The position numbers were made by a program, and so were the translations under genes. The notes beneath the pieces were generated by a model, which had not been told where the DNA came from, ran no database searches, and saw only the letters and a list, made by a program, of their open reading frames with translations. This document shows, piece by piece, positions 41,941 through 52,259 of a stretch of DNA of 64,000 nt (positions within the stretch are counted from its first letter, which is position 1; the number at the start of each line of letters is the position of its first letter). Location: the IMG/VR virus record IMGVR_UViG_3300043774_000134, positions 2,559 to 66,558 of that record; one strand, given 5' to 3'. The DNA is from a virus.

Positions 41941-42516
41941 TTAAGATGCGTATTTAGCCATTAAAGGTTCAGGATTTACTTGAACATCCATGTCTTGTAT
42001 TTCAAAGTGAAGGTGTGGTCCAGTTGACCTACCAGTATTTCCTACAAGTCCAATTACTTGTCCTTGTGTTACTTTAGTACCCACAGAGATTCCGTATTGT
42101 TCGAATGATCCAGCAATTAAATGTGCGTAAAGAGTTGAGTACTGATATCCATCATAAATCTTAACCATATATCCATAATTGTCAGTTCCATATTCTACCT
42201 TTGTTACAACTCCATCTGTAGCTGCACGAACTTCTGCACCATGACCAGGAAAAATATCCATTCCCATGTGCATACTATTAGTGTCTGGCCTCCACACACC
42301 AAAACCTTCGCCAATCCTAGAATGCTCAACAGGCCAAATAAAGTTTGGTGTATAAATTGCTGGTCCACGAGTCGCATCCTGAATGTAGCCACTTGCAGTT
42401 AAAGTTTGAACATGTTCAACTCTTTCGCTAGCTGTTACTGAAGGGCCACAATAACTAGGCCCTGGAACACATAATGTAGAAGCAATTAAAACATTAGAAA
42501 AAATAAAATTTAAAAT
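41941..42516 (-). CDS. Secreted M23 peptidase, probable ATT start
   Basis: HMGMD, YAHL, STGPHLHFE; the frame stays open 73 codons upstream of the tracked GTG to an ATT 7 nt after AGGAGG. Confidence 0.8.
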   Translation of the reverse strand: MLNFIFSNVLIASTLCVPGPSYCGPSVTASERVEHVQTLTASGYIQDATRGPAIYTPNFIWPVEHSRIGEGFGVWRPDTNSMHMGMDIFPGHGAEVRAATDGVVTKVEYGTDNYGYMVKIYDGYQYSTLYAHLIAGSFEQYGISVGTKVTQGQVIGLVGNTGRSTGPHLHFEIQDMDVQVNPEPLMAKYAS

Positions 42517-42564
42517 TTTCTTACCTCCTAAAAATAACGGTAAGTTTTTATTATAGCGTAATTA

Positions 42565-44157
42565 TTATGTTAAGTCTACCCAAGCTGTACCATTCCAACG
42601 TTTAGCATTAGAAAGATCCCAATATTTAACAGTTTGGCTTAGTGGAGGAGCACCCTCAACACCGTAACGTTTTGCTGTTTCTGTTGGCTGGTATGTATTT
42701 GGGCTTGTTTCTCCAGCACCCCGATATCTACGTCCTCCAGCGGAAACAAACATTGCAGTTGTTCCATCTGAGGAAGGAGAAAAGTTAGCGGTATATGAAA
42801 GATTTGTATCTGGATAATAGGTAATTGCTCCAGCTGAATTGTTTATAATAGAGTTTTTTGCATACACTCTAAATTTATACCAAAGAGCTGCTGGAAGAAG
42901 AACAAACGTGTATTCTTGATTTGCTCCATTTAGTGTCATTAATTGTGGGGTAGACCAAGCACTATAAGTACCGCCAGAAGTTGTGGCAGATTGATACTGA
43001 ACATAATAGCCAGATATTGCTTTTCCATAATTTAAAGAGTCGCTAGAGACAATTACTGTAACGTTTCTTCCAACCTTAAATGGCGGATTTGCTCCAAATG
43101 TTGGCGGTGACGGTGCACCTGGTGTTTGCACAATAGATGATTGTGACGACACTGTTCCTGTGCCAATTGCATTTTTTGCTTCTAACCTATAAGTATAATT
43201 TACACCAATAGTTCCAGAAGTATCTGTAAAAGATGTTCCAGTCGCTGTTGTACTTAGTGTTGTTAAAATATTACCACTTGAGTCACACCTATAAACATTG
43301 TATGCGGTTATTGAAGAGCCACCATTATAAGGAGCAGTCCAAGAAATATTTATATTTTGCGAATTTGTGTTGCTTGCAGATACAGTTGGTTGTCCAACTT
43401 GACTTGGAATACCAGCAATTGTTGTACTAGATTCTCCACTGTATCCCCAGTTAACATTATAGTTGTTAGCTACTCTTGTATAGACAGTGTACTGACTTGT
43501 TGGTGTAACACTTATAGATGCTGTACGAGATGGTGTTCGGTTTGGATAAGTTCCTGTAGCAGACATATCAATATAGCTTGCAGACCCCAACCAGCTTGAT
43601 GTCGTATTATCATAAGTTCTATATTGATAAAGTTGTGGGGCAAAACTTCCATTAGATGCTGGTATTTGTGCTGTAATGCCAATAGTTCCTGGTGAAGATC
43701 TTGTCAATGCAGGTACAGCAGGTGTTGATGGTGCAGTAAATGTTGTAAGTGTTATTGACGATCCTGGAGTTGCAGACGCACTCCCAACTGGAGTATCAAC
43801 TGTTACAAATTGAGCATTACCATTAACAGATCCACCAGCACCAGTGTTTGAATTATGACCTATATCAAATGAGCCACTTCTTACTGGTCCTGGGAATGCT
43901 GGTCCAGTAATTACACCGCTACCAAAATCGTAGTTACCACTCCACGTTCCTCTTCTTGTACCAGCCACATCAATAAAATGTGTGTTTCCAGTAGTAAAAG
44001 AATAGCCACCTGTAGAACCGTTGTTGTCATAAACCTGTGTTGACCAAGAAATTACAGATTTATTATTTGCTGGATCATCAGTATTCGTTATAGAAATATT
44101 TACGGCGGCTCTGGCAGAGCCATCACTGGTAGCTGCTGCTGCACTAATAGTAGCCAT
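42565..44157 (-). CDS. Minor tail protein with fibronectin type III domains
   Basis: ISWTAPYNGGSSITAYNV..YTYRLEAKNAIG. Confidence 0.8.
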   Translation of the reverse strand: MATISAAAATSDGSARAAVNISITNTDDPANNKSVISWSTQVYDNNGSTGGYSFTTGNTHFIDVAGTRRGTWSGNYDFGSGVITGPAFPGPVRSGSFDIGHNSNTGAGGSVNGNAQFVTVDTPVGSASATPGSSITLTTFTAPSTPAVPALTRSSPGTIGITAQIPASNGSFAPQLYQYRTYDNTTSSWLGSASYIDMSATGTYPNRTPSRTASISVTPTSQYTVYTRVANNYNVNWGYSGESSTTIAGIPSQVGQPTVSASNTNSQNINISWTAPYNGGSSITAYNVYRCDSSGNILTTLSTTATGTSFTDTSGTIGVNYTYRLEAKNAIGTGTVSSQSSIVQTPGAPSPPTFGANPPFKVGRNVTVIVSSDSLNYGKAISGYYVQYQSATTSGGTYSAWSTPQLMTLNGANQEYTFVLLPAALWYKFRVYAKNSIINNSAGAITYYPDTNLSYTANFSPSSDGTTAMFVSAGGRRYRGAGETSPNTYQPTETAKRYGVEGAPPLSQTVKYWDLSNAKRWNGTAWVDLT

Positions 44158-44162
44158 TTACA

Positions 44163-44921
44163 TCACCAGAACCAAAGGTCACCAGCCTGTGGAGTATATC
44201 CAGAGTTATTTGTACTATTAGGCTCTAACTCTTGAACAAATATACGAGTTCCTGAAACGACACCGCTAGTATTATAAATTGTTGGTTTAACATTTAACTG
44301 TGACTGTACGGTTGAGCCTGATGCAGTAGTTATACCAACAAGAGTTGCAAGCTCAGTTGAAGAAACGGTACTGTTAGCAATTTTTTGACCACTGTCTACA
44401 ATTACTGCTCTATTTGCAGTAAGAGATGCAGAAACAATTGATGAAGCAGATCCTGTAATTTGATCAGTAGAAGTTTGCCAGCTACTCCAAGATCCACTAA
44501 AATAGACTCTCCAATACTTAATAGTGTTTGTTGAACTAATATACATGTGATAAGTTTGATAAATTACTGCACCTTCAGTCAACACTTCTAACATTCCAGC
44601 ATACTGTGTTCCACCAAAAGTAGGGTAATTAGATGTTCCAGTTCTTGCACCTGAATTTGTTGGTTGGTGGTAATAGCCAGTTAAGGTATATGGAGAATTA
44701 TTTAAGTTTGCATTTGCAGTAATTGCAATTGGTTTAGAAATTTTTATTGTGTTTAAAGCATTTAAGTGTCCAGCAACTGAGTCTTCTGGAAGTGGTGAAG
44801 GGTTGCTTGTGTCTGAACCAAAGTGGTAAATGCGTAAAGCTGCTTGAATATCAGCATTGTCTCCTAGTTCTGGAATTTTTGCTTGATATGGCGCACCGCC
44901 ATCTCCAATATTTGTAACCAT
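44163..44921 (-). CDS. Tail fibre protein (knob-like domain)
   Basis: NLN..GYY..NYP..AGMLEV..YQTY..WSSW; ends GDLWFW. Confidence 0.65.
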   Translation of the reverse strand: MVTNIGDGGAPYQAKIPELGDNADIQAALRIYHFGSDTSNPSPLPEDSVAGHLNALNTIKISKPIAITANANLNNSPYTLTGYYHQPTNSGARTGTSNYPTFGGTQYAGMLEVLTEGAVIYQTYHMYISSTNTIKYWRVYFSGSWSSWQTSTDQITGSASSIVSASLTANRAVIVDSGQKIANSTVSSTELATLVGITTASGSTVQSQLNVKPTIYNTSGVVSGTRIFVQELEPNSTNNSGYTPQAGDLWFW

Positions 44922-44937
44922 ATAATCACCTAATTAA

Positions 44938-45525
44938 TTATATCACGTTAATCGATACGTTTACGTTTGCTTGTCCAGATAGTGCTGACCAAACTCCAGT
45001 TCCAGGATTGATCTGAGCTGCAGTTACTGTAATTGGAAGAACATATGCACTATCCTCATTTATTGTATATTGTCCAACAACAAAAGACGAAGCAATCGGA
45101 GCATTAGTTTGACCCTGTACATCAATATGTACATTTAGTTTACTGGTAAGAGTTTGTTGCAATAGTGGTGCTGTTGTATTTGAAACTACAACGCTAAGCA
45201 CTGTTTGACCTGAAGTAAATGTGGCAGTTTCATTAGTATTGTAAGTATTTGGAATGATCTTAAAAATTTTTACCCAAGTACCGTTTTGATATTGGTAAAC
45301 ATACAAATACTCTGAGTCGGTAGTTTTTAAATTAATGTACCAATCTAGATTTTGCAAAGTTTCAACAAATGTAACACCAGAGTCTTCTGGTTTTCCAGAT
45401 CCATAAAGAATTAGTCCACCACGTACGCCCTGTGTTCCTAAATCAGTATTTACCTGAATGGAGTCTGCTCCACCACTAACAATAAAAGAGTCTGTGTTTA
45501 CTAAGACTGTTTGTTGAGTTGCCAT
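44938..45525 (-). CDS. Virion protein, paralog of 45534-46337
   Basis: Shared G..G.RG..G.P..DW.INLKT.D.EY..WVK.F...PN. Confidence 0.65.
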   Translation of the reverse strand: MATQQTVLVNTDSFIVSGGADSIQVNTDLGTQGVRGGLILYGSGKPEDSGVTFVETLQNLDWYINLKTTDSEYLYVYQYQNGTWVKIFKIIPNTYNTNETATFTSGQTVLSVVVSNTTAPLLQQTLTSKLNVHIDVQGQTNAPIASSFVVGQYTINEDSAYVLPITVTAAQINPGTGVWSALSGQANVNVSINVI

Positions 45526-45533
45526 AACATTAA

Positions 45534-46337
45534 TTATATCATGTTCAAGCTTATATGTGTAGCAATGTGTCCTGAAGTTGTAAGAGGAATAAAGCCAGAT
45601 ATTGGATTAGCCTCTACTGCCGTAATTGTTAAAGGAAAAGAATATGTTTTGTTTTCTCCAACAATAGACGAGGTTGGTGATGCACTAAATTCAAAAGATG
45701 TAACAACTGGATATTGGTTTTCAATATCTAAAGAAATGTTGATCTTGACCCCCTCTTCCCAATTAGATAGTATTGAAGTAGGAAGGGATGTTAATTTAAA
45801 AAATTGATTTTTATCTTTTTGAAATGCGTAGTCTCCAACACTTTTTCCAGTAAGGGCAAGCATGGCGGCTTGATTGTTTACAAATGATGCTGATGCTGGA
45901 ATGTCTTTTAATGCTACTCCCGACTCGTCTACACCATATTGCTGTTCAGCGATAAAAGTTTTTGATGACACTACATATGTATGTGATGTTGCACCGCTAG
46001 TAAAAGTTAGTTTATTACTTCCATCAAGAGTTGAGTGATAAATATTTGGAACAAGCCTAAACATTTTTACCCACTCAAACCCCTCTGAACTAGGTCGATA
46101 ATTGTATGCCATCATATATTCATCATCATCTGTTTTTAAATTAATACACCAATCATAAAGTTGTGGTTCGACAAAGTTTTGATCAGATCCAACAAATACA
46201 GACTGATTGTATGGTTTTCCAGGATTTGGAAAAATATAGCTTCCACGAGCACCTTCTAATCCAGGATCAACCTTAACTGTTATAGCAGCTGGACCACTTA
46301 TGTCTAGACTAAGAGCTGAAACATTGATATCAGGCAT
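45534..46337 (-). CDS. Virion protein, paralog of 44938-45525
   Basis: Shared motifs as above. Confidence 0.65.
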   Translation of the reverse strand: MPDINVSALSLDISGPAAITVKVDPGLEGARGSYIFPNPGKPYNQSVFVGSDQNFVEPQLYDWCINLKTDDDEYMMAYNYRPSSEGFEWVKMFRLVPNIYHSTLDGSNKLTFTSGATSHTYVVSSKTFIAEQQYGVDESGVALKDIPASASFVNNQAAMLALTGKSVGDYAFQKDKNQFFKLTSLPTSILSNWEEGVKINISLDIENQYPVVTSFEFSASPTSSIVGENKTYSFPLTITAVEANPISGFIPLTTSGHIATHISLNMI

Positions 46338-46349
46338 ATTTTATTTATC

Positions 46350-47066
46350 CTATGATCCCAATGTTGACCCAATAGCATATCCGTTTCCTTCGTTTGCAAT
46401 ATCTACAGTTCCTTCTCCAGCAGCATTTATTGCAACAACAGCAAGATAATACGCTGTATCTGGAGTTAGTCCTTCAAATGTATAAGTTGTTGCTGGTGCA
46501 CTAATAGTTATTGGCGTACCCAAGCTAAGTGGATTAACAGTTGCGTAAAGCTTGTAAGAAGATACTTGATATACGGATGAAGGGGCTGTCCAGTTTATTG
46601 TAATAGATGTGTAGTCTTCATCTGAAACAGTAACATCCTCAACATATGGAGGAACAGAAAGAATTGAGTCTACGTTTACCTGCTCTGTTACAAAAATTTC
46701 TCCAGTAAGAAGTGTATAGACATAGTTATATGGTGAAGATGTTTTACCAATTTCAACATCATAGTAATATGTAGTACCTGCGACTAAACCAACTGGGGAG
46801 TTTGATCCTGTAGGATTTGTGGTTGATACAAGGCTTGGCTGAATAGCACAAAGAATATATTCGTTATTAATAATGCTGGCATAACCGTTGTATTCTAGTT
46901 TTCCACTAACGCCTACAGTTCCACCCTTTTCATTAGAAATTTTAAACTTACAAGATGTATAAGAAGATAGGTCAAAAGCATTACCTGCTGCATCTTTGGG
47001 GTAAATCGTAAATTCAAAGGTATCACCCTTGTAGTAACTAATGTTATAGGTTCCTGGAAATGCCAT
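46350..47066 (-). CDS. Baseplate-upper-like N-terminus + FN3 domain
   Basis: YKGDTFEF..DL..YYYDVEI..TLLTG; FN3 W..P..Y..GLTPDTAY..VVAINAAG. Confidence 0.65.
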   Translation of the reverse strand: MAFPGTYNISYYKGDTFEFTIYPKDAAGNAFDLSSYTSCKFKISNEKGGTVGVSGKLEYNGYASIINNEYILCAIQPSLVSTTNPTGSNSPVGLVAGTTYYYDVEIGKTSSPYNYVYTLLTGEIFVTEQVNVDSILSVPPYVEDVTVSDEDYTSITINWTAPSSVYQVSSYKLYATVNPLSLGTPITISAPATTYTFEGLTPDTAYYLAVVAINAAGEGTVDIANEGNGYAIGSTLGS

Positions 47067-47085
47067 AGCTTTATTATATCATGAT

Positions 47086-47481
47086 TTAAAGACTGTTTAT
47101 TGTCACATCTGAAATTACCTGAATAATTCCAATAGCAGGTGTCCAAACAACATCATCACTTGTTCTAATTGCTTGTAGATCAAAACTTAGTTCTGCTGAT
47201 ATTGACTGATTGTTTTCTGTTCCCCATGTTTCTGTAATATTGGCATCTGCTGTCACAGTAACTGATCCATTATTTACAGAAATATCTAAAGAATCTGAAG
47301 AATCTGTTTTTGAATTAAATGCTGTTGCAGAAAATGTCCAATCAGAAAGATCTAAAAATGTTGTTTCATCATTTTCAAGAAACTGAAACTCAAGTGACGA
47401 GGTATCTCCACGAACAACACGCCACTTAACCTGTGCTGGATCTGCACCAATAAACTCGTCAGGACAACAAGCATTAGTCAT
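47086..47481 (-). CDS. Baseplate-upper-like virion protein
   Basis: VVRGDT..DLSDW..FDLQ..WT. Confidence 0.55.
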   Translation of the reverse strand: MTNACCPDEFIGADPAQVKWRVVRGDTSSLEFQFLENDETTFLDLSDWTFSATAFNSKTDSSDSLDISVNNGSVTVTADANITETWGTENNQSISAELSFDLQAIRTSDDVVWTPAIGIIQVISDVTINSL

Positions 47482-49856
47482 TACACACCATCCAGAGCTA
47501 TGTAATCACCAGAAATGTGGAAGTTATCTTCCGCGTTCAGGGTTACAGGCTGAGTTGATGTGAAAGGTACGTTGTACGCAGAGTTCCCACTTGCATCAAT
47601 ACTCTTCAATACCACTCTAGATTCACCAGCTGCAACGTGTCCAAACATTGGATAGTCACGACCAGTAGAAATGTCGTGGTAGCAGCCAGCTGCGAACTGG
47701 TAGTTGTACTTGGAAGGGAAAGGAAGGTCTACGTAGTATTGTCCAGTTCCAAAGTTAGTGATGTTGTCCATATCAACGTCAATTCTGAAGTGAACCATTG
47801 GACCAGTCTTTACATAAGAACCAGTAAACAGCGGAGCACCAGTAAAGGTTGGCTGAGTACCCAGCGTTCCACCAACGACGGTAAACGAAGTGTCTCCACC
47901 TAAGTCTCCAATAGTTGCAATCTGATTTTCTGGTTGGTTGTTTCCTAAGAATTCTCCACCTTCATTACCGCCTTGAATAATAACATCTTGATCTGAAGAA
48001 ACGTATAAATCATTCTCATAGTTAGCAACACTTTGAACCAGTAGACCACCCATTCCTGGGCCATATAGGTATCCATCTGAGTTAAACTCCCAGAAATTAT
48101 CATAGGTTGGTTCATTGGTGAATGTGTAGGTATCTCCTGTTACAAAGCTTAGTCCAGTTGCTGTAACAGTTGCTAGACCTTCAGTTGGGCTGTTAAGTGT
48201 AACTGCGGCTATTTCAAAATCGGTACTCTCAACATTAACTTTGTATCCAACCTCAATATTTACTGGCATAGAAGTTATAAACTCTGCGTTGCTTGTTTCA
48301 TTTAAGTTTTGATAGCTATTTTCAATTCTTGTTGGTCTTGTACGAATTGAAACTTCTCTGGCACTATCAGAAACATAGACATGGTTTCTTTCTCCACCAA
48401 TAATAACTTTTGCAATTGACTCATCTATTTCACCACCAGCACGAATGTGGATGTGGTTTGGGTCAGTTGGGTCAATAACAAGGTACTGATCATTGGCGTA
48501 TAGGTCTGCGTCTGGAACCAATTCCATAGTACCAGCACCAAGTCCATCGCCAGAAGCTGTACCAGCACCAATAATCTGTACGCCATCAAATGTAATGTCT
48601 CCAAGACCTGTTGCTGCTGTAACGTCTGCAATAGTTGCAACTCTGTTGGTTGCATCAGGAGTAAGCTCTGCGTCTCCCCAGCCAATGTAGACGTTTCCAT
48701 CTCCATCGCTGCCAGGAAACAGTGTTATGTCTCTAGCAGAACGAAGTGATAGATCGTCCTGTGGAGTTGCAATGCGAGCAGTGTTAGTTGAAGTTCTTGT
48801 AAAGGTAATGAAGTCATCGCCGTCACCGTCCTTGATGGCTACTGGGAGAACAAGGTCTGTGTCTGATGTAGTTCCAGAGTTTCCTGTGTCTAACTCTGCT
48901 CCGTAGTTGTCGTCGCCATCGTTAACATTTATTGACATGTAGGTCATGTAGGTTTTTGTGGTGTCAGAGTCTTGGTCTGCTGCAAAACCAATTCGGTAAG
49001 GACCAGCAGGTAGAGCTTCATTGATACTTAATGACTCAATAACCTCTTGGGAACCCTGTGCAGTGTAAGAAACGGTTACCTTGTTAGTAGAGGCTGTTGG
49101 GTCATATGCAAATCTAACTCTGTAAAGTCCACTCTCTGGAATACTAACGTCTCCAGCTGCGGAAGTGGTGCGACCAAAAAGTTTTAGGTCTAAGCAATCA
49201 AACTGAGCAGCGATTCTTGATGAGTTTGTCGCATAATCCCACTCTGGGTTATCGCCATCTGAATAAACACATACACCAATATTGTTGCACTCGGTGTTGG
49301 CATCAAAGATAAACTCAACAACTACAGAGCTGTCCTCTGGAATAGTAAAGTCTGTAAAGACTGGGTAGGAAGTAGCTCCATCTGATTCGTCTGCATTCTG
49401 AAACCAAAGGCCGTTAGAGTTCCAACCAAAGTGTGTGTTTAGGTCTGGAAGATGGGTTGTTCCCTCTCCCCAGGTAAGGAAGTATGCAGCAGGACGAATG
49501 TTTCCAGTGGTTTGAATAGTTCCATCTGGGAACTCTAGTCTTCCGTCAGGACGGAATGTCCACTCGTAACTAAAACCTTCGTTATCGTCGTTACTTGAAA
49601 TTCTTACTTCATCTTTTGCAGAGATAGCTACATCATCTCCATATGCACGAATAAACACATCATCTGCTGCCTCGATATTGATGTCGCAGTCTGAACCTAC
49701 AGAATCTTCATCACGAAGAGTACGAATAGTCATGTCGTGGTCTGTGATAGTCATAAAGCTGCCGTCACCACCGTCATCAATGAACTCGAAGTCAGCGATA
49801 TCGCCGTTTCCAGCTCCTGCTGGACCAGGGAAGGGTACAATTTTAATAACAGCCAT
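47481..49856 (-). CDS. Acidic mosaic fibre/decoration protein (791 aa)
   Basis: Repeated DI.IEAADD, WTF..DG.L.FPDG, ATIADV/ATIGDL fibre motifs. Confidence 0.6.
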   Translation of the reverse strand: MAVIKIVPFPGPAGAGNGDIADFEFIDDGGDGSFMTITDHDMTIRTLRDEDSVGSDCDINIEAADDVFIRAYGDDVAISAKDEVRISSNDDNEGFSYEWTFRPDGRLEFPDGTIQTTGNIRPAAYFLTWGEGTTHLPDLNTHFGWNSNGLWFQNADESDGATSYPVFTDFTIPEDSSVVVEFIFDANTECNNIGVCVYSDGDNPEWDYATNSSRIAAQFDCLDLKLFGRTTSAAGDVSIPESGLYRVRFAYDPTASTNKVTVSYTAQGSQEVIESLSINEALPAGPYRIGFAADQDSDTTKTYMTYMSINVNDGDDNYGAELDTGNSGTTSDTDLVLPVAIKDGDGDDFITFTRTSTNTARIATPQDDLSLRSARDITLFPGSDGDGNVYIGWGDAELTPDATNRVATIADVTAATGLGDITFDGVQIIGAGTASGDGLGAGTMELVPDADLYANDQYLVIDPTDPNHIHIRAGGEIDESIAKVIIGGERNHVYVSDSAREVSIRTRPTRIENSYQNLNETSNAEFITSMPVNIEVGYKVNVESTDFEIAAVTLNSPTEGLATVTATGLSFVTGDTYTFTNEPTYDNFWEFNSDGYLYGPGMGGLLVQSVANYENDLYVSSDQDVIIQGGNEGGEFLGNNQPENQIATIGDLGGDTSFTVVGGTLGTQPTFTGAPLFTGSYVKTGPMVHFRIDVDMDNITNFGTGQYYVDLPFPSKYNYQFAAGCYHDISTGRDYPMFGHVAAGESRVVLKSIDASGNSAYNVPFTSTQPVTLNAEDNFHISGDYIALDGV

Positions 49857-49882
49857 AGTACTTCTAGTATATCATTTATTAT

Positions 49883-49944
49883 AAAATAAAAAGACTAGTA
49901 ACCAAGGAAGTGGGTGTGAGAGAGAGAAACCCTGGTTACTAGCC
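49883..49944 (-). ncRNA. Candidate ~60 nt sRNA: long stem, CU-rich loop, U tail
   Basis: TGtTATAAT (49951-49959) 6 nt upstream; stem GGCTAGTAACCAGG/CCTTGGTTACTAGTC; TTTTATTTT tail. Confidence 0.65.
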
Positions 49945-50090
49945 ATATCAATTATAACATATTGGTAACGTTATCAAACCGTTATAAAATATTTGGGGTA
50001 TTGGTATCAAGAACGATGATTTTGTGTGTATAATTGTAATAATTGGGAAGAGAATAATATTAGGCTAGCTGAGATAGAGAATAATAAATA

Positions 50091-50393
50091 CTAGTTAGAT
50101 AGCTTCTCAATAACAATCTTCAGCACATCGTCAACCTTGCCTTCAAGCTTGTCAAGTCTTTTTTCAAACCTTTCATCGTCTTCATGTTGCTTGTTTGCAA
50201 TTTCTATTTGTTTTGCTTCTAACCGAGTAACTTGATCTTTTATAGATGATCCTCCATTTGGTCTTAGCTCATGTCTAATATCTTGCATACCTTCTTTTAC
50301 ATGGTATCTTACAAAAAATCTAACTGCAGCCAAAATAGCTGTTAGGATACCCAAAATACCTAAAATAACAGGGACCCATTCATACCAAAGCAT
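50091..50393 (-). CDS. Membrane protein (single TM + coiled coil; lysis-associated type)
   Basis: N-terminal TM; ELRPNGGSSIKDQVTRLE. Confidence 0.7.
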   Translation of the reverse strand: MLWYEWVPVILGILGILTAILAAVRFFVRYHVKEGMQDIRHELRPNGGSSIKDQVTRLEAKQIEIANKQHEDDERFEKRLDKLEGKVDDVLKIVIEKLSN

Positions 50394-50799
50394 AATAATA
50401 TAATTATATCGTATGTTTTATAAGTTATCCACACCCTGTTGATAACATATAACTAATTAAGCTCGCTTTTAGTCGGCGGTAAATTTCGGCGCCGAGAAGT
50501 ACCCCATATACCTGTCCAAACAAGATGAAACATCCAAATGGACAAATAAATATGATATCGAAGTATCGGAAAATAACAATATATCCCCCATATCGGAATA
50601 TCCAGATATTGTGCTATCCTTATATCGACCCCAGTCATGCCACAGGTTCGGAAACCAGCATAAACCCCAAATAGGATTGCTCTCTAGTAATAGGGAGCTT
50701 TCTTATTTGATCAATAGAAGTAACACTAATGAGTGATTGATCAAGACAGCCTTTGGCTGTTATGTACCCTCGAAAATTAAGCTATGTTATAATTGAGAT

Positions 50800-51018
50800 A
50801 TGGAAAATAAAGAAAATGAACCAGAAGATGTTAAATTCCTTGATCTATTTAATCCAAACTCACCAAGATCAAATGAGGATGAAATTAAAGCTAGACTTGA
50901 TATTTGTAACCAATGTCCTTACTTAGGAAAGAAACTAAAGCGTTGTGGTCTATGTGGTTGTTTTATGTCATTGAAGACTACTTTGTTAGAAGCTAAATGT
51001 CCTATTGACAAATGGTAA
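50800..51018 (+). CDS. Small Cys-rich protein
   Basis: RLDICNQC..CGLCGCFM..KT..CP..KW; leaderless TATAAT-N6-ATG. Confidence 0.75.
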   Translation: MENKENEPEDVKFLDLFNPNSPRSNEDEIKARLDICNQCPYLGKKLKRCGLCGCFMSLKTTLLEAKCPIDKW

Positions 51019-51182
51019 GCATCTTTGCTATAATAGATCTATGTGTAATGGAAATTGCTCTTGTGATACCCCCGAAGTTTTAAAATATGATCTATCAGAA
51101 GATTGCTTATGCATCTTTGATGGAAACCCAGACTTTTGTATTTGTATTGACATAAGTGAACCCACAGCGTAAGGAGAGAAAC

Positions 51183-51356
51183 GTGGATAAACCAAAAGAT
51201 AAACTTTATCAGGATAAGACCTGGCTTGCTACTGAGCTTGAAACTAAATCTACCCGAAAAATTGCTAAAGAGCAAAGGGTTAGCTATAAGCTTATTAATG
51301 TATGGGCTTTGAACTATGGACTCATTGAGCGATCAGAAGAAACAATCCTTGCATGA
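51183..51356 (+). CDS. Small HTH protein
   Basis: LYQDKTWL..KSTRKIAKEQRVSYKLINVW..YGL; AAGGAG before GTG 51183. Confidence 0.65.
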   Translation: MDKPKDKLYQDKTWLATELETKSTRKIAKEQRVSYKLINVWALNYGLIERSEETILA

Positions 51357-51712
51357 GGGATAAATTGTCTACCCTGCAAAAAATTCTAATATCTATAGCA
51401 GGACTTGGCACTATTGTGTTGTGCAATCTTGTTGTGATCTTTATTGCAAAAGCATTTGGTGCTTAATCTGAAAAATTTTGTATTTTCCAATTTGAAGATT
51501 TTCTGAATAATTTTTAGAGATGTACGATACATGCCTCACAGAAATAAATCAACAAAAATATAGTGAGCACACTGAAAGTGACTATACGCACCCAAAACTT
51601 TCTCAAACTATTTTTTGACTTATCGGCGTGTCGCATTGCTAATGTCAGTGGTTACTGATTAGATATAGATATAGAAAGAAACCAAGCAAAACCTAAAAGA
51701 ATGGAAAACAAA

Positions 51713-51832
51713 ATGTTCGGAATCACAAAGTCAGAAGGCTACTACTGGGTACGCGTTGGACAGAGCACTACTAAGGTTGGTCACAAGACTTTCCGTTCAG
51801 CACTTGCTCACCTTATCACTGGCATTGCCTAA
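51713..51832 (+). CDS. Small hypothetical protein (39 aa)
   Basis: MFGITKSEGYYWVRVG..; promoter and SD upstream. Confidence 0.65.
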   Translation: MFGITKSEGYYWVRVGQSTTKVGHKTFRSALAHLITGIA

Positions 51833-51885
51833 GTTTCACTGTCATAGGCTAACGATAAACTAAAGACATAAAGAAAGGATAACTA

Positions 51886-52029
51886 ATGTATATAGTAGAA
51901 GTAATCAAGAAGGGAATCGGAGTCATTGAGACTTTCGGTTCACGCTCTAGGGCAGAAGCAGAAGCACAGAAGAATGTGTATGCTCTCATGTATCCTGAGT
52001 GTGTAGTAATGATGGAGTGGAGTAACTAA
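51886..52029 (+). CDS. Small hypothetical protein (47 aa)
   Basis: MYIVEVIKKG..; AGAAAGGA SD. Confidence 0.7.
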   Translation: MYIVEVIKKGIGVIETFGSRSRAEAEAQKNVYALMYPECVVMMEWSN

Positions 52030-52259
52030 GGGTAGGGGATCCCCTCCCTATACCCCCAACATATGGGCCTGTGTATAACTTATCCACAATTTGGCGCCGC
52101 CCTGTGTATAACTTGTCCACAGGTTACGCATACGTCTAAGATCCCTCGAAAAAAATCTTTTATTTATTTTTGCGTTTGTCGGCGTGTCGCGTAGGTAATG
52201 TCGTAGGTGTGTGATTAGATATAGATATAGAAACAAACACAGAAAGAATGGAAAACAAA

